This document shows, in pieces, positions 54,402 to 64,000 of a DNA stretch of 64,000 bases. The stretch is taken from contig OZ037767.1 of assembly GCA_964035545.1 (NCBI GenBank), forward strand, positions 2,925,680 to 2,989,679. Direction: 5' to 3'. The stretch's first letter is position 1. Each line of letters begins with the position of its first letter. The notes below the pieces were generated by a model. The model worked only from the letters and a program-made list of their open reading frames with translations. It had not been told where the DNA came from and searched no databases. The position numbers and the translations under genes are program-made. Source of the stretch: Bugula neritina. Taxonomy: Eukaryota; Animalia; Bryozoa.

Positions 54402-54436
<35 letters not shown>

Positions 54437-54472
54437 GACTGACTGACTGACTGACTGACTGACTGACTGACT

Positions 54473-54540
<68 letters not shown>

Positions 54541-57500
54541 GACTGACTTACTTACTTACTTACTTACTTACTGAATACAGACATATTAACTGACTGCAGA
54601 CGTACTAGCTGAATGCATACTTACTATACTCTGTTCATGCACCTGATAGTGAGCTGCCCCAACGCTGGAGAGGAGACTAACAGAGCAGGAAACAGCTGTG
54701 TGCCGTGTGTGCAAGGCTTCTATGCTGAGTCTGGGGAACATATCTGCTCATCTTGTAATACTAAGGATCTTGAAGATGGTGTGGTACGTTGGGATACCAC
54801 GGGTGAAGGCAGTATTTCAGAGGACAATTGCACTGTGGGTAAGTGACTTTTACTTCCTCTGCGATGATTTTCTATCAATATATAAAGGGTGTATCTGTAG
54901 ATTTTCCTATTTTGCACTTTTTCAATACTTGTTTAGTATGTAGAACTAGTACATCTAGTATTATATTTAGAACATATTATTTTATATATTGTATATTATA
55001 TGTACCTATACTACAAATTCAAATTCAATACAAATGAATAAAACATACTCAAGTCACGCTTTTTTTAATAGGAAGCTAAAACTTATGGATTTGATTTAAT
55101 TTTGTGAACACTCTTATTTGGGCGTGTCCTTAGCTCATTAATTAATTTGTTGATTTTACAGCTTTTTGTGCGGCTGGTTACAAGAGAGATAACTCCACTT
55201 CTCCCCAAATGTGTGTCGAGTGTCCCACTGGGTTCTATCAGGATCAAAATGGCTCTCTCACGACCGTCTGTACCCCATGTCCGCTCACGGCATCCAATGA
55301 CAATCAGACTACGAATGGTAATGGATCTGCTAGCTTAGAGGACTGTCAGGGTGAGTCGGTTTACTTCCCTGAAATATAAGACATGTTGAATATAATCAAC
55401 TGTGTGACATGCTGCGGGGGGGGGGGGAGGGGGTGTAGCATGCTTGAAATAGCTTAGGGTAATGCTCACCTTATTCAGTGTCACTGTTTACCTTAATCAG
55501 TGTCACCATTTACCTTAATCAGTGTGACTGATTATCTAGGCCAGATCACTTTGTAAAAGTTAATAAAATACATGAGTATAAGCTAGACCAGGTTATACTG
55601 CAGCACCAGCAAGTTACTAGAATTCACCAAGCTATGTATTCTTAATGAATACAGTGTATATTGAAGGTCTGGTGGAGTTATTGTGTCATATAATGTAGTC
55701 TTGTTGATCCTATCAAGTTGTATTCAACATAATTATTTGGATTGCCTGGTGACCACACTTTATAATATGGTGTTGAATCATCTACTGACAGCTTTACTGT
55801 ACATGCTGTGCTGTGTAATACAGTCACCTGCCCTCCTGGTCAACAAGACATCAATGACACCTGCCAGCAGTGCCCCATGGGTACCTACAAAGAAATGGCA
55901 GGTCCAGAGAAGTGTACTCCTTGTGGTTTCCAACTCACTACAAACTTAACAGGAAGCAGTAATGAGTCTGACTGCAACATTGGTAAGTTTAGATAGTTGT
56001 AAGTAGCATCATTGCACACATACATATATGGCCTTATATGGCATATATATTAACATATGTGGTGATTATATAGCATATATATTAACATACGTGGTGATTA
56101 TATAGTATATATATTAACATACGTGGTGATTATATAGTATATATCAACATATGTGGTGATTATATAGCATATATGTTAACATACACGGGGAATTTTATCA
56201 AATCTTGTGGTCGTTGAGATTTCCTAACTATTTTATTGTATTCAGTTAAAGTTTAAACAAAATTATTGAGCACTTTTTAGCTACTAGTTTTAACCTACTT
56301 GTGGCACTCGACATACCCACTCAGGTATAATGTTGACATATGTTTGTGTTTCAGCCATATGTGACGAGGGTTACTATGCCAACGGGACTAACTGCACTGA
56401 GTGTCCTGTGGGTTTCTACCAGGAAGAGGAAATGTTCACAGGAAGTGACTGCACACCTTGCAGCTCCATCAACGGTTACCCTCAAACGACCTCCTCTACA
56501 GGAAGTACTAGTGAAGACGCCTGCGAAGGTAGAAACTGTTAATACTAATTCAATAGTTTCATGAGCCACATATAAACACTGCTTACGAAGTCATACATAC
56601 TGCAGTTTTGGCGCAGTGTGCAGTGATAGTTGTTGGTGTGGGGTTGCTAAGTGTTCAAGTAGAATTGTTTCAAAGCGCCCGGGTGCCCGTATTTATAACA
56701 TTTAAACCAAAGGGACTCTGGTAGTGAAACAAACAATGAAATACCTCAACAGAAAGTCTGCCCATTGTAGTTGTCTGCTCTCCTGGTTATGCTAAGAACG
56801 AGACACTTGGATGTACAATCTGTCCAGCCGATACGTACGATAACGGAACCAACTACTGTGTGCCTTGTGATGACTCATTCTCCACTAATGATCAAGAAGG
56901 CGGAGTTAGCTCATCTGCCTGCAACTACAGTGAGCACATTTTTGCATTTTTTTAAATCTATGAAAGCCGTTGCTTAGAGTTGTGGGATCTCGTAATAGTA
57001 GCAAAACAGCCCTTGTAAATAGTCACTTTAGGTTAAAAATTATTCACAATTTATATTCAAAGATGTTTCTTGCTTAAATTCTAGTAGAATTGAAATAATT
57101 AGTGTATTGAGAACGTTTTCTAGAGTTTAAAGGCTAAAAATATGATTATTTTTTACTGATTTGTTTGTATTTCAGAGCGATGTGGGGCTGGAGAGCAGAC
57201 GATTCCTGCGAATACGTCTGCATGTGAGCCCTGCCCACGTAACACATATAATGATGAGGCAGGTAGCACTTGCACACCTTGTGACGGCAGCAAGGAAACC
57301 ATTTCTATCGGCTCCGACAGCGTAAACGACTGTATTAGTAAGTATTTCACAGCCTTAGAATACAGGCTATATCTGCTGTACTGCTATTATATGTCTTGTC
57401 ACTCACCTCCCTGTGGCTAATCATAATGACTAGTGTTACTAGTGTTTTTACTAGTGTTGCGATTAAGGTTCATTTCTATTACATCTTTGTAGAAATGGAA

Positions 57501-60500
57501 GTCCTTAATAATATAGTATAAAGTTAATAATATAAATATAGTATATAGTTTAGGGCATACTAAATATAGTAAATATAGTAAATATAGTAATATATAGTAA
57601 TATATAATAAATATAGTAATATATGGTAATATATAGTACTATATAGTAATATATAGCTGATAATATAGCCTATAGCTGATGATACAGTAAATTTATGTAG
57701 CCAACTGCCCATCTGGAAGTGAGCACAACTCTGTCTCAGACTCCTGTGAACCTTGCCCCAGAGGTTACTACAGAGACATGACCTCTGGTACTTACTACTG
57801 TGAAGAGTGTCCTGGAAATATGACGAATGCTGAAGCCGGGTCCGCATCATGTAACGTCGGTGAGTTTGGAGGGTGGCTGTAGACTTCATTGTGTCACTCG
57901 GTGCATATGTACTGCCAGTTTTAGTAGAGCTACACTCTACTCTACTTTCAGCTCTTGTCAGATGGTTTGAAACAAGTAGTTATTTCATATACTACTTAGT
58001 TTTACTGAATCATAAACTATTTTTTCAAGAAAGATAATTTCATCATAACTGCACTTGACTAGCTGTGTGTGAAAAAAACCTTTTCAAGTTGTACCTGCGT
58101 GTATAAATAGGTATGTAATCAAATACTTCAAATATTGTGTTGGTTTGCTATACTCTAAGTTTTGGCTAAACTTTATTGTGACAACGCAATGATTATAAGG
58201 CTTTCTATTTGTTTATAGATTTTCTGTTTTTCAAGACATGGACCGTCGCGTTAAGGCACATGATTCACATATAACTGTGGTTTGTAGAGATCTGTGATGC
58301 GGGTCAATACGCTAAAGAGGAGAGTGGTGTATACGCCTGCACTGACTGCGAGATTGGTAAATACCAGGCGGACCGTGGTCAGTTTGAGTGCGTAGGCTGT
58401 GGCGAGGGCTACACCACGGAGGAAGAGGGGTCAAAGGACGAGCAAAGTTGCATCAGCATACCCACCTGTGAGAACAAGTCACCCTGCACCCACCAGAAGC
58501 ACTCTTGTGAGCTTGTCAACGGAGCACCTGTGTGCTCGTGTCCCACAGCCTATACTCAGCAGCAAGTTGGGGAGACCTACACCTGTACCCGTATGTACTG
58601 CTTTATGCTTGGAACAACGAGTTGAATCCAATGTGCTGTGGTATCTAAAGTCTGAAATTCAATAGCTGAAAAGAATGTGCTATGCAATTATTCAACTGTC
58701 GTTTGAAATAGAATAACGAGTTTTTCTGTATTACTGGTGGCTGACTTAATGTTCAATTGTCAATCATTGTAATAATGGAGGACTTTGTATTTGTTTGAAC
58801 CAATCCCGTGTTGCATATGCACACTGTGTCTTGAGTAGTTAGAGTATATCAAATAGGTAGCCTAACTTCCTGTTGTATTTCCTTTCTCAGATATCTGCTT
58901 AGAGACATCTGGTGGTAGTTTCTGCCAGAATAATGGCGTCTGTAACGACTACGTAGATGACCTGCTTTTGGCATGCACCTGCACTGATGGGTGGGAAGGA
59001 ACCAACTGTACTACTGAAGCAGGTACATATTTTTACTCTCTTTTGGTATAGGGGGTAGTATATAGCTCTGTATATTACTATATATGTGTGCCTAAATAGT
59101 ATATTGTATACTTTGTATTTATCATTATGTGTATCTAGTTATAATACACCATATAACTTTGTAGATTATTATGTGTGTAAATAATGCAGTGCTCCCTCCA
59201 TATCTCACTAAGCTGTGGGTCCCCGAACATCATTTCGTGAGATAGTAGAATACTAAATTTAACTCACTGATCCGTTAAATTGAGCCATTTTGTTTTCATA
59301 CACACATACATAAGCAAAAAACCAGAGGTCCAAGCCCTTCTCGTGACCCATGGACTATCGTGAGAAAAGGAACCATGAGATACAGAGGAAGCACTCTATA
59401 TTATGTGGGTGTAGGTAATGTATATTATATAACTTGGTTTGTATATTTCATTTATAGCCGGTTCTAGACGAGCTCCGAGAACTACACTTATTATTGTTGG
59501 TGTTGTGTCAGGAGTTGTGCTCCTTGCTGTCATCGGGGCAGTGGCGTATGCATTCTGTAAAAGGTGAGTTCGGAGTTGTCTGCATTTGAACAGAGGATTA
59601 CTTTTACAAAATCTTTTAAACATGAATACTTAGTTATGTCAAAATGTGGTAAATTAGTGGATATATAAAGAAACATGCCTAGGCAATTCAGTGCATAAAA
59701 ATTAATTACGTTAAAATAATAAAAACTGTATAATGTCACATTGCACAATAACATATTAATTAATGGTAGTTTATTGTCTTAGCAGCCTATAGTAACTATA
59801 TGACTGAAGTTTTTTCTATGAGCATTGAGTCATGTTTTGAGTAGAAAGATGAAAATCTGCTGAAAATCATTTAATTTTATGTTGTTTTGAAGAATGTTGG
59901 TATTATTCTGCAGCATTATATTACTTGTATTATATTACTTGTATTATATTACTTGTATTATATTACTTGTATTACGTTGTATCTGACAATATTTCAGCTC
60001 TGGTAAGCCAAAACTGTCCAGTGAGAAGATGTATTTATCTGAACCACAGTACCTAGATCCTACACAGATGGCTGGAATACCTATTTACAACACACACCAA
60101 CCTAACAGGCTCATGCTACGAGATGTTGAGGAGTTTTCTCCCCGAGGTAAATGCTCAAGAAAGAAGCCGATTGGCTAAACCTCTTATTCTATGATCTAGT
60201 AGCATTTGTATGAGACAATGTATGTTTGGTTGCTGTTGCTCTGTGCATATTACTTTACTGAGTTTTTCAACTGTTAGTGTAGTACTGAAACTGTACTAGA
60301 TTCTCCCCTAAATTACCTTTTTGTAATTACTAGATGATATTAAGAATATAATGTTATATTTTTGGGAGAATTTAAGTTGGTGCTGTAACAAATCATAACA
60401 AATTTCTTGTTGAATACAGGACGACCTCTCCATGATTCCTATGTCATTCAATAAGTGCAAGTAGGTAACACGCATGCAGCTGCTATGTATAGTCATTTAT

Positions 60501-61669
60501 TATTTCAACTAAATGCACCATAAAAGTTACTATAACTTTGCACGGTTAACTAGCTGAATACTGACTGCTTCATAACACCACTTGTTTCGCTCCATCACTC
60601 CAAACTTGCTGTCTGTGTTTAAAGCCGAATGGGTTTTGTACTCGGAGTTATTACTTCAATCTTGCATGTTTTGAAGAATCTGTGGCAACCGATTGTTGTA
60701 AAAGTACTGTTGTATTGACGTGGATATCAAATAAATTGACCCAAACTTCTTCTGTAAAATGTGATGTACCTAATGTTATGCAAAGAGTTGTATTCTCTTT
60801 TAATAAATGGCTGATTTAGATTTTAAGCTGATTTTTACAGCAGCCTATTAACTTATCCACAGTAAATTAATGCATCTAAATTGGCTGTTACTAAATCATC
60901 ACATGCTTGCTCATTTTATCTGCTGCTACTCTTTAACACAAATGGCACTAAATAGTAGACATCCGACCTTCAAGCCAGTAGTTGTCTTCTCATGTTAATT
61001 AGTATAAACTTATTTATGTAGAGTCAGAGCACCTTTTATGCATCAGTCTATGCAAATCAATATTATATGAAATGTCATTCCGTACTGCATTGCTTTGTAA
61101 CCATCACTTTTGTATTTTTGAAAAATGCATGCAAATAAGTTTTTACATTTCTTGAGATACTAAAAGTTTCAATAGTTGTATGACAAGGCATCGTTTGATT
61201 AGTTCCGCATTTATGATAAATTAACATTAATAAAGTTTATTGTTCATTCTATGCCCTGTAAAGATTTAATATTGGTGCTAATTGATATCGTATTTTAAAA
61301 TAGTAATGTATAAACTGCTTATGAATATAAATATATATATATTTTAGGTGGCCTGCAAAATCCATATACTACAAAGTAAGTATTTATATACCAACTCCCA
61401 ATATACAGTTTTTTTGAAGTAGAGATTGTAATTTCAAGCTAAAAAATTCAATCTAGTCATCTGTTTCATTAGCAGCCACTAAGGAAATCACTCATTTTTA
61501 TAATTCAATTGGCTATTTTCTATGTGGCATGTATTTGTTACATTTACTTATTTTAATTGCAGTGTCATTTCTTGTTAAAAGATGTGTGAATTACATGTTG
61601 GTTGAATTTTACAGAGCTTCAAGGCCTCCATCTAATAACAGTGGGTCAATACCAGTCTGGATTGAATAG
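15715..61669 (+). CDS. Uninflatable/SVEP1-like giant single-pass transmembrane protein (CLECT-CUBx3-Sushi-EGF-HYR-GCC2_GCC3-EGF-LamG/pentraxin-HYR-CLECT-like-Sushi-furin site-GCC2_GCC3x14-EGF-TM); ~75 exons, ~4000 aa
   Basis: Signal exon 15715-15765 (MLLSFSVLLTLAVTPIL); microexon 17074-17092; CLECT 19282-20951; CUBs 21239-24997; Sushi 25176-28394; EGF 28830-29489; Sushi 29801-31804; HYR 32203-33437; GCC2_GCC3 35443-36489; EGF run 37142-42993; LamG 44194-46156; HYR 46402-47058; RRKR 49752-49763; repeat stalk 50733-58590; EGF 58891-59022; TM exon 59458-59563 (LIIVGVVSGVVLLAVIGAVAYAFC); tail exons 59998-60146, 61348-61375, 61615-61669 ending TAG. The junctions I traced are GT-AG and phase-compatible. 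Domain order resembles Drosophila Uninflatable, but orthology is untested. Confidence 0.85.
17074..17092 (+). CDS. 19-nt microexon (GDDCPK) of gene 2 linking the signal peptide to the C-type lectin
   Basis: ttttgttttag|GGTGATGACTGTCCTAAAG|gtaaat. Converts phase 0 to phase 1 as required and supplies the first Cys of the long-form CTL (CPKDYGDVNGRCF). Confidence 0.75.
17169..18326. mobile_element. Non-autonomous hAT-type DNA transposon (MITE) with 8-bp target-site duplication
   Basis: TIR CAGGGTTGGGGT...ACCCCAACCCTG, flanked by identical GTAACAAC at 17161-17168 and 18327-18334. Dense subterminal AATTAC repeats at both ends; no transposase ORF. Confidence 0.9.
17463..18059. mobile_element. Nested foldback-type element with ~160-bp imperfect inverted repeats inside the hAT MITE
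   Basis: 17473-17635 (gtctttgtgtctcagattttgctcatatttacactaaatgg...gaaaatttgtgatttatactttta) is the imperfect reverse complement of 17853-18025. The right end terminates ...GGCATGGAATGACCC. Confidence 0.7.
19282..20951 (+). other. N-terminal C-type lectin-like domain exons of gene 2
   Basis: DYGDVNGRCFRY...SYEDAQEDCRSEGANLAWI...FWMGA...FWGKRQP...ECV...W...C..KKSYLCE. Confidence 0.85.
20115..20345. repeat. 30-bp AT-rich minisatellite
   Basis: AAACATAATATAATATATTGCATTATATAT units. Confidence 0.8.
23205..23396. repeat. 35-bp minisatellite beginning exactly at a 5' splice site
   Basis: Unit GTAAGTCTGCTACTGTGTCACCACTTTGAGTGTGA at 23205, 23240, 23275, 23310, 23345, partial at 23380. Confidence 0.95.
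23785..23980. repeat. (TTATA/TTATG)n low-complexity repeat
   Basis: Visible pentamer-based array after the donor at 23764. Confidence 0.85.
25470..25655 (-). mobile_element. Second, more diverged copy of the tRNA-derived SINE
   Basis: acaggagaaattgtgactgaatgctctttctatcatcac and tgtttactaggc...ctaacc align with 2356-2456. The segment tatagtcgctgtccctgtgagaacccct recurs at ~40686. Confidence 0.55.
25906..26090. repeat. 21-bp minisatellite (TGCTATATCTACTATACTACR)
   Basis: About 8 copies after the donor at 25884. Confidence 0.9.
31905..32030. repeat. ~28-bp minisatellite containing CTGCAGGT
   Basis: TCACTGCAGGTGYTARYACATTGGCATG-like units, about 5 copies. Confidence 0.75.
36841..36913 (-). mobile_element. 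tRNA-like element (SINE head or tRNA pseudogene)
   Basis: Minus strand GCCCCTGTGGTGTAATTGGTTAGCGATCTTGAGCTTGCAAGCCGGAGGTCTGTGGTTTGAATCCCAGTGGGGG has A- and B-box-like motifs but mismatched stems. It sits inside a TACTAGTAATA-type repeat. Confidence 0.6.
37998..38523. mobile_element. Degenerate Tc1/mariner-like MITE
   Basis: Left agtgttaagttgcatttacacctctgc versus reverse complement of the right end cagccagagtaaagttgcgtttatacctccac; right end followed by TA. A related terminal fragment gtgttaggttgcatttatacct lies at ~1222. Confidence 0.55.
38531..38690. repeat. 41-bp minisatellite abutting a 3' splice site
   Basis: ATCTACAYACTAGTCACTGTATACTCTATCTGTTAGATTAC x4; the exon starts at 38697. Confidence 0.85.
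42102..42300. repeat. 24-bp minisatellite (ACTGTAGTAGCAACTGYAGCAATW)
   Basis: About 8 copies, mid-intron. Confidence 0.9.
47079..47158. repeat. (GTTT)n microsatellite
   Basis: Seen directly in the sequence. Confidence 0.9.
50893..51129. repeat. 22-bp minisatellite starting at a 5' splice site
   Basis: ATGTGTTTACCTGCGTGGTATA, about 10.5 copies from the donor at 50892. Confidence 0.95.
52021..52120. repeat. 30-bp minisatellite
   Basis: GTTAGTACACTCAGTCAGTGACTCTGTTT(G), about 3.3 copies. Confidence 0.8.
54078..54574. repeat. Compound (GACT)n/(TACT)n microsatellite, ~500 bp
   Basis: Seen directly in the sequence. Confidence 0.97.
56040..56180. repeat. ~30-bp minisatellite
   Basis: ATATATATTAACATAYGTGGTGATTATATAGY units, about 4.5 copies. 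Confidence 0.8.
59187..59397. mobile_element. Short Tc1/mariner(Tigger)-like MITE
   Basis: Left CAGTGCTCCCTCCATATCTCAC versus reverse complement of the right end GAGTGCTTCCTCTGTATCTCAT; TA on the right flank. Confidence 0.55.
59458..59563 (+). other. Transmembrane exon of gene 2
   Basis: AGSRRAPRTTLIIVGVVSGVVLLAVIGAVAYAFCK: a hydrophobic run of about 24 residues followed by Lys. Confidence 0.85.
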
Positions 61670-62448
61670 AGAGATTGGTCTAATACTCCAGTACAAGTTA
61701 TAGCCGCTGTGCTTGCACAACATTCATACGAATGCATACATATAACATTCCCAATATTCTCTCATTATTTTATCAGTACTCAGGCTAAATTTCCAAGTTT
61801 CTTGACTATTCTTTAGACCATTGAATTACCGAACTACTGGCAAGAGTTAGTAAGATTTTAGTTTTACTTGTTGGATTTGAATATAATAGCGTAATGTTAA
61901 AGAAAGTATCTTCATAAATTTATTATATTTTATACAGTTATTACTTCTATACAGCTATTTTACAAATAGTAATATATTATAATTATGTTTTATGTACATG
62001 CTGTATTCTATTACATAAAGTTAATACTAGGGAATTAAATGTCCACACACTGCTTGCTCACATTACTGTGAATTTCACTCACCTTTGCTCGAATATTTAC
62101 TGGTGTATATGTAAAACACTAATCAAAGATCATTCATAATAAAATGAAATAACATCAATCAATGCCTTTCAATGAATTATCGACCACATCACTATTGAAC
62201 ACTTTTAAACACATGACATTCAGATGGTTGAAGACGAGTTTACAAGCCTAAATATAAAAAAATGTTAGAATTTGAATTCTAGGATAGACCTGAGCTCATA
62301 AATGGGCACGAACTTTTGGCAAGCTCCAAAAATAGTTTTTAACATCAGAAGATGGTATTGGACAGGTGCTGACTGCAATGCGAGTGATGTAAACATTATG
62401 TAGCATTACTAGGTACTGTAACGTTACAGCATCGTAGACATGACTCAA

Positions 62449-63984
62449 CTATTTCTGGCCTGCTGCCTGAGCTCTTAGGATATCCCCAGGACTAGGATAG
62501 GGTCTCTGCTGAAAGAGAGGTCCATTTGCTGTTGTGTCTACACCTGTCTTTGTGTCAGCCTTCAGTCCTGTACTCCAACTACCTCTCTCAACCTGCGTAA
62601 TGTAATGAGATGCGAAACGTAGAGCACGGGCTAAAGAGAAACGTATATTTAAATTTAATTTATCCAGTACACTAACCACACTACTACCTTAACCAGATTA
62701 CTATACTATGCTATATTATACTATACTCTACTATACTATACTCTACTCTACTATACTATACTACTATACTAGTCACATGCACACCAAACATACTACTACA
62801 CTTACTAAACTATACCATATTATACCATACTATACCATATCATACTATACCATACTATACCATATACCATATTATACCATACTATACCATATCATACCAT
62901 ATAATACCATATTATACCGTACAACCAACTAACCTCTGAGTAGGATGCCGGGTCCATAGGATCCAACTCCTCGTGCCTCTCTGCGAGTCTGCTAGCTTTT
63001 CTTTTCGGCTCCTTTATGGATACACTGACTGGTTTACGTCTCTCGCTTGTCTTCAATCCAGCTAATATAAAGTGTATATCAAACTAACAGAGAGTTTATC
63101 ACAACTACTGTTTATCTTACAGAATGTTATTGTAAAAAGCTATCACATATGTTTATAATTCAACAGTTTAGATATTTCCATTAACCATACTTCTCAAATG
63201 ATAACTAAGGCATTAAAGTACACGGTATAACTACGACTAGCAAGCATCATTCTAGTTCCTATAACACAAGTGTATAGCTAAGACAAGATATTACATACAC
63301 ACCCTCCTGCACTGACGACGTTCGGAGATGAGATTGTAATTTTTCAGCAGACACTGTTATCTTTGCCCTTGGGTGTTGTGGAGGTAACCATGATACCTAC
63401 ACCACAAACAAGTATATGTAGCTACTGATTACTAGACCGTATAACTGAGGTGGCTGATCAGTGGTACACATTGACTCGTACAAATACATTAGATATTCAT
63501 CGCAGAAAATAAATTTTTTCTGTTTTGAAAAAACTAGCTTTTAAACTTTTTTCAAACAGGTTTCGTTCAATTTCTGCTTAGAAAAGCAAAAATAAACATA
63601 ATTACAATTACATTTAACATTTGATAACGCATAGAACAAGGTTTCCTGATATTTCCACTAACCCAGTGAACAGGATGAGGTATCAAGTTTTACTATCACC
63701 TACAAACGTCTTTTGCTAGCATAAAACATGAAACTATGTCATCAAAGTGAACCCAAACAAACCTTATCTGTTTCTGCGTTCCAATAGTAACACCTGGAAG
63801 ATTCCGGATCCCCTACTTCAGTCCAACCAACAGGAAGTGGGTACTTCTTCAACATTCTCAGTCGCTTTCTCTCGTCACTCACTCTGTGCTCAAACGGCTT
63901 CAGCCCAAAACTCTCCTTACAAAACTCGATACACTCGTGATGCCTGTTGGTTCTGTTAGGACAGTCAGCGACCTCAAACACGAC
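62449..63984 (-). CDS. PQBP1: Polyglutamine-binding protein 1 (3' four exons; 5' end outside the window)
   Basis: Minus-strand exons 63984-63763, 63396-63303, 63061-62934, 62592-62449, phase-compatible. WW domain [34 protein letters not shown]; C-terminal [22 protein letters not shown]...[26 protein letters not shown], the diagnostic PQBP1 C-terminal domain. Confidence 0.95.
62700..62920. repeat. (CTATA/CCATA)n repeat in the last PQBP1 intron
   Basis: Pentamer-based array adjacent to the minus-strand donor at 62933. Confidence 0.85.
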
Positions 63985-64000
63985 CTACAAGACACGGCAG

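Larger units (their letters stand above)
50733..58590 (+). other. Array of 14 GCC2_GCC3 (ephrin-receptor-like Cys-rich) repeats, one per exon
   Basis: Exons 50733-50891, 51536-51697, 52167-52331, 52449-52610, 53224-53397, 53659-53832, 54650-54838, 55162-55350, 55824-55982, 56355-56528, 56771-56929, 57176-57337, 57701-57859, 58288-58590. Each encodes C..CP.GTY....C..C....T...GS.S..C. Confidence 0.9.

Noticed and set aside
54078-54574. Interstitial telomeric repeat
   Set aside because: The unit is GACT/TACT, not TTAGGG or TTAGG.

Overview
AT-rich, intron-dense animal genomic DNA, most likely an invertebrate (lophotrochozoan-like; this is an inference). The ORF track mostly shows isolated exons and repeat-derived junk, so I rebuilt the genes by hand from GT-AG boundaries and reading-frame phase. 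Three genes: (1) 843-14504 (+), 22 coding exons, about 1226 aa, a secreted mosaic of signal peptide, CAP/SCP domain, EGF, six ShKT-like domains, fibronectin-type-I/MIG-18-like modules, and an acidic-heptad plus Thr-rich mucin spacer. (2) 15715-61669 (+), about 75 exons, about 4000 aa, a single-pass Uninflatable/SVEP1-like receptor (C-type lectin, 3 CUB, Sushi, EGF, HYR, GCC2_GCC3 repeats, LamG/pentraxin, furin site, TM, short tail). It departs from Uif in having no recognisable discoidin domains, a second degenerate lectin domain, an all-basic/all-acidic split around RRKR, and a 14-repeat glycosylated stalk. (3) The 3' four exons of PQBP1 on the minus strand (62449-63984), convergent with gene 2. 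Introns hold a hAT-type MITE with an 8-bp TSD and a nested inverted-repeat element, Tc1/mariner-like MITEs, tRNA-derived SINEs and many minisatellites. Several minisatellites are tandem copies of the adjacent splice site itself, and in the two clearest arrays use of a decoy site would introduce a premature stop.
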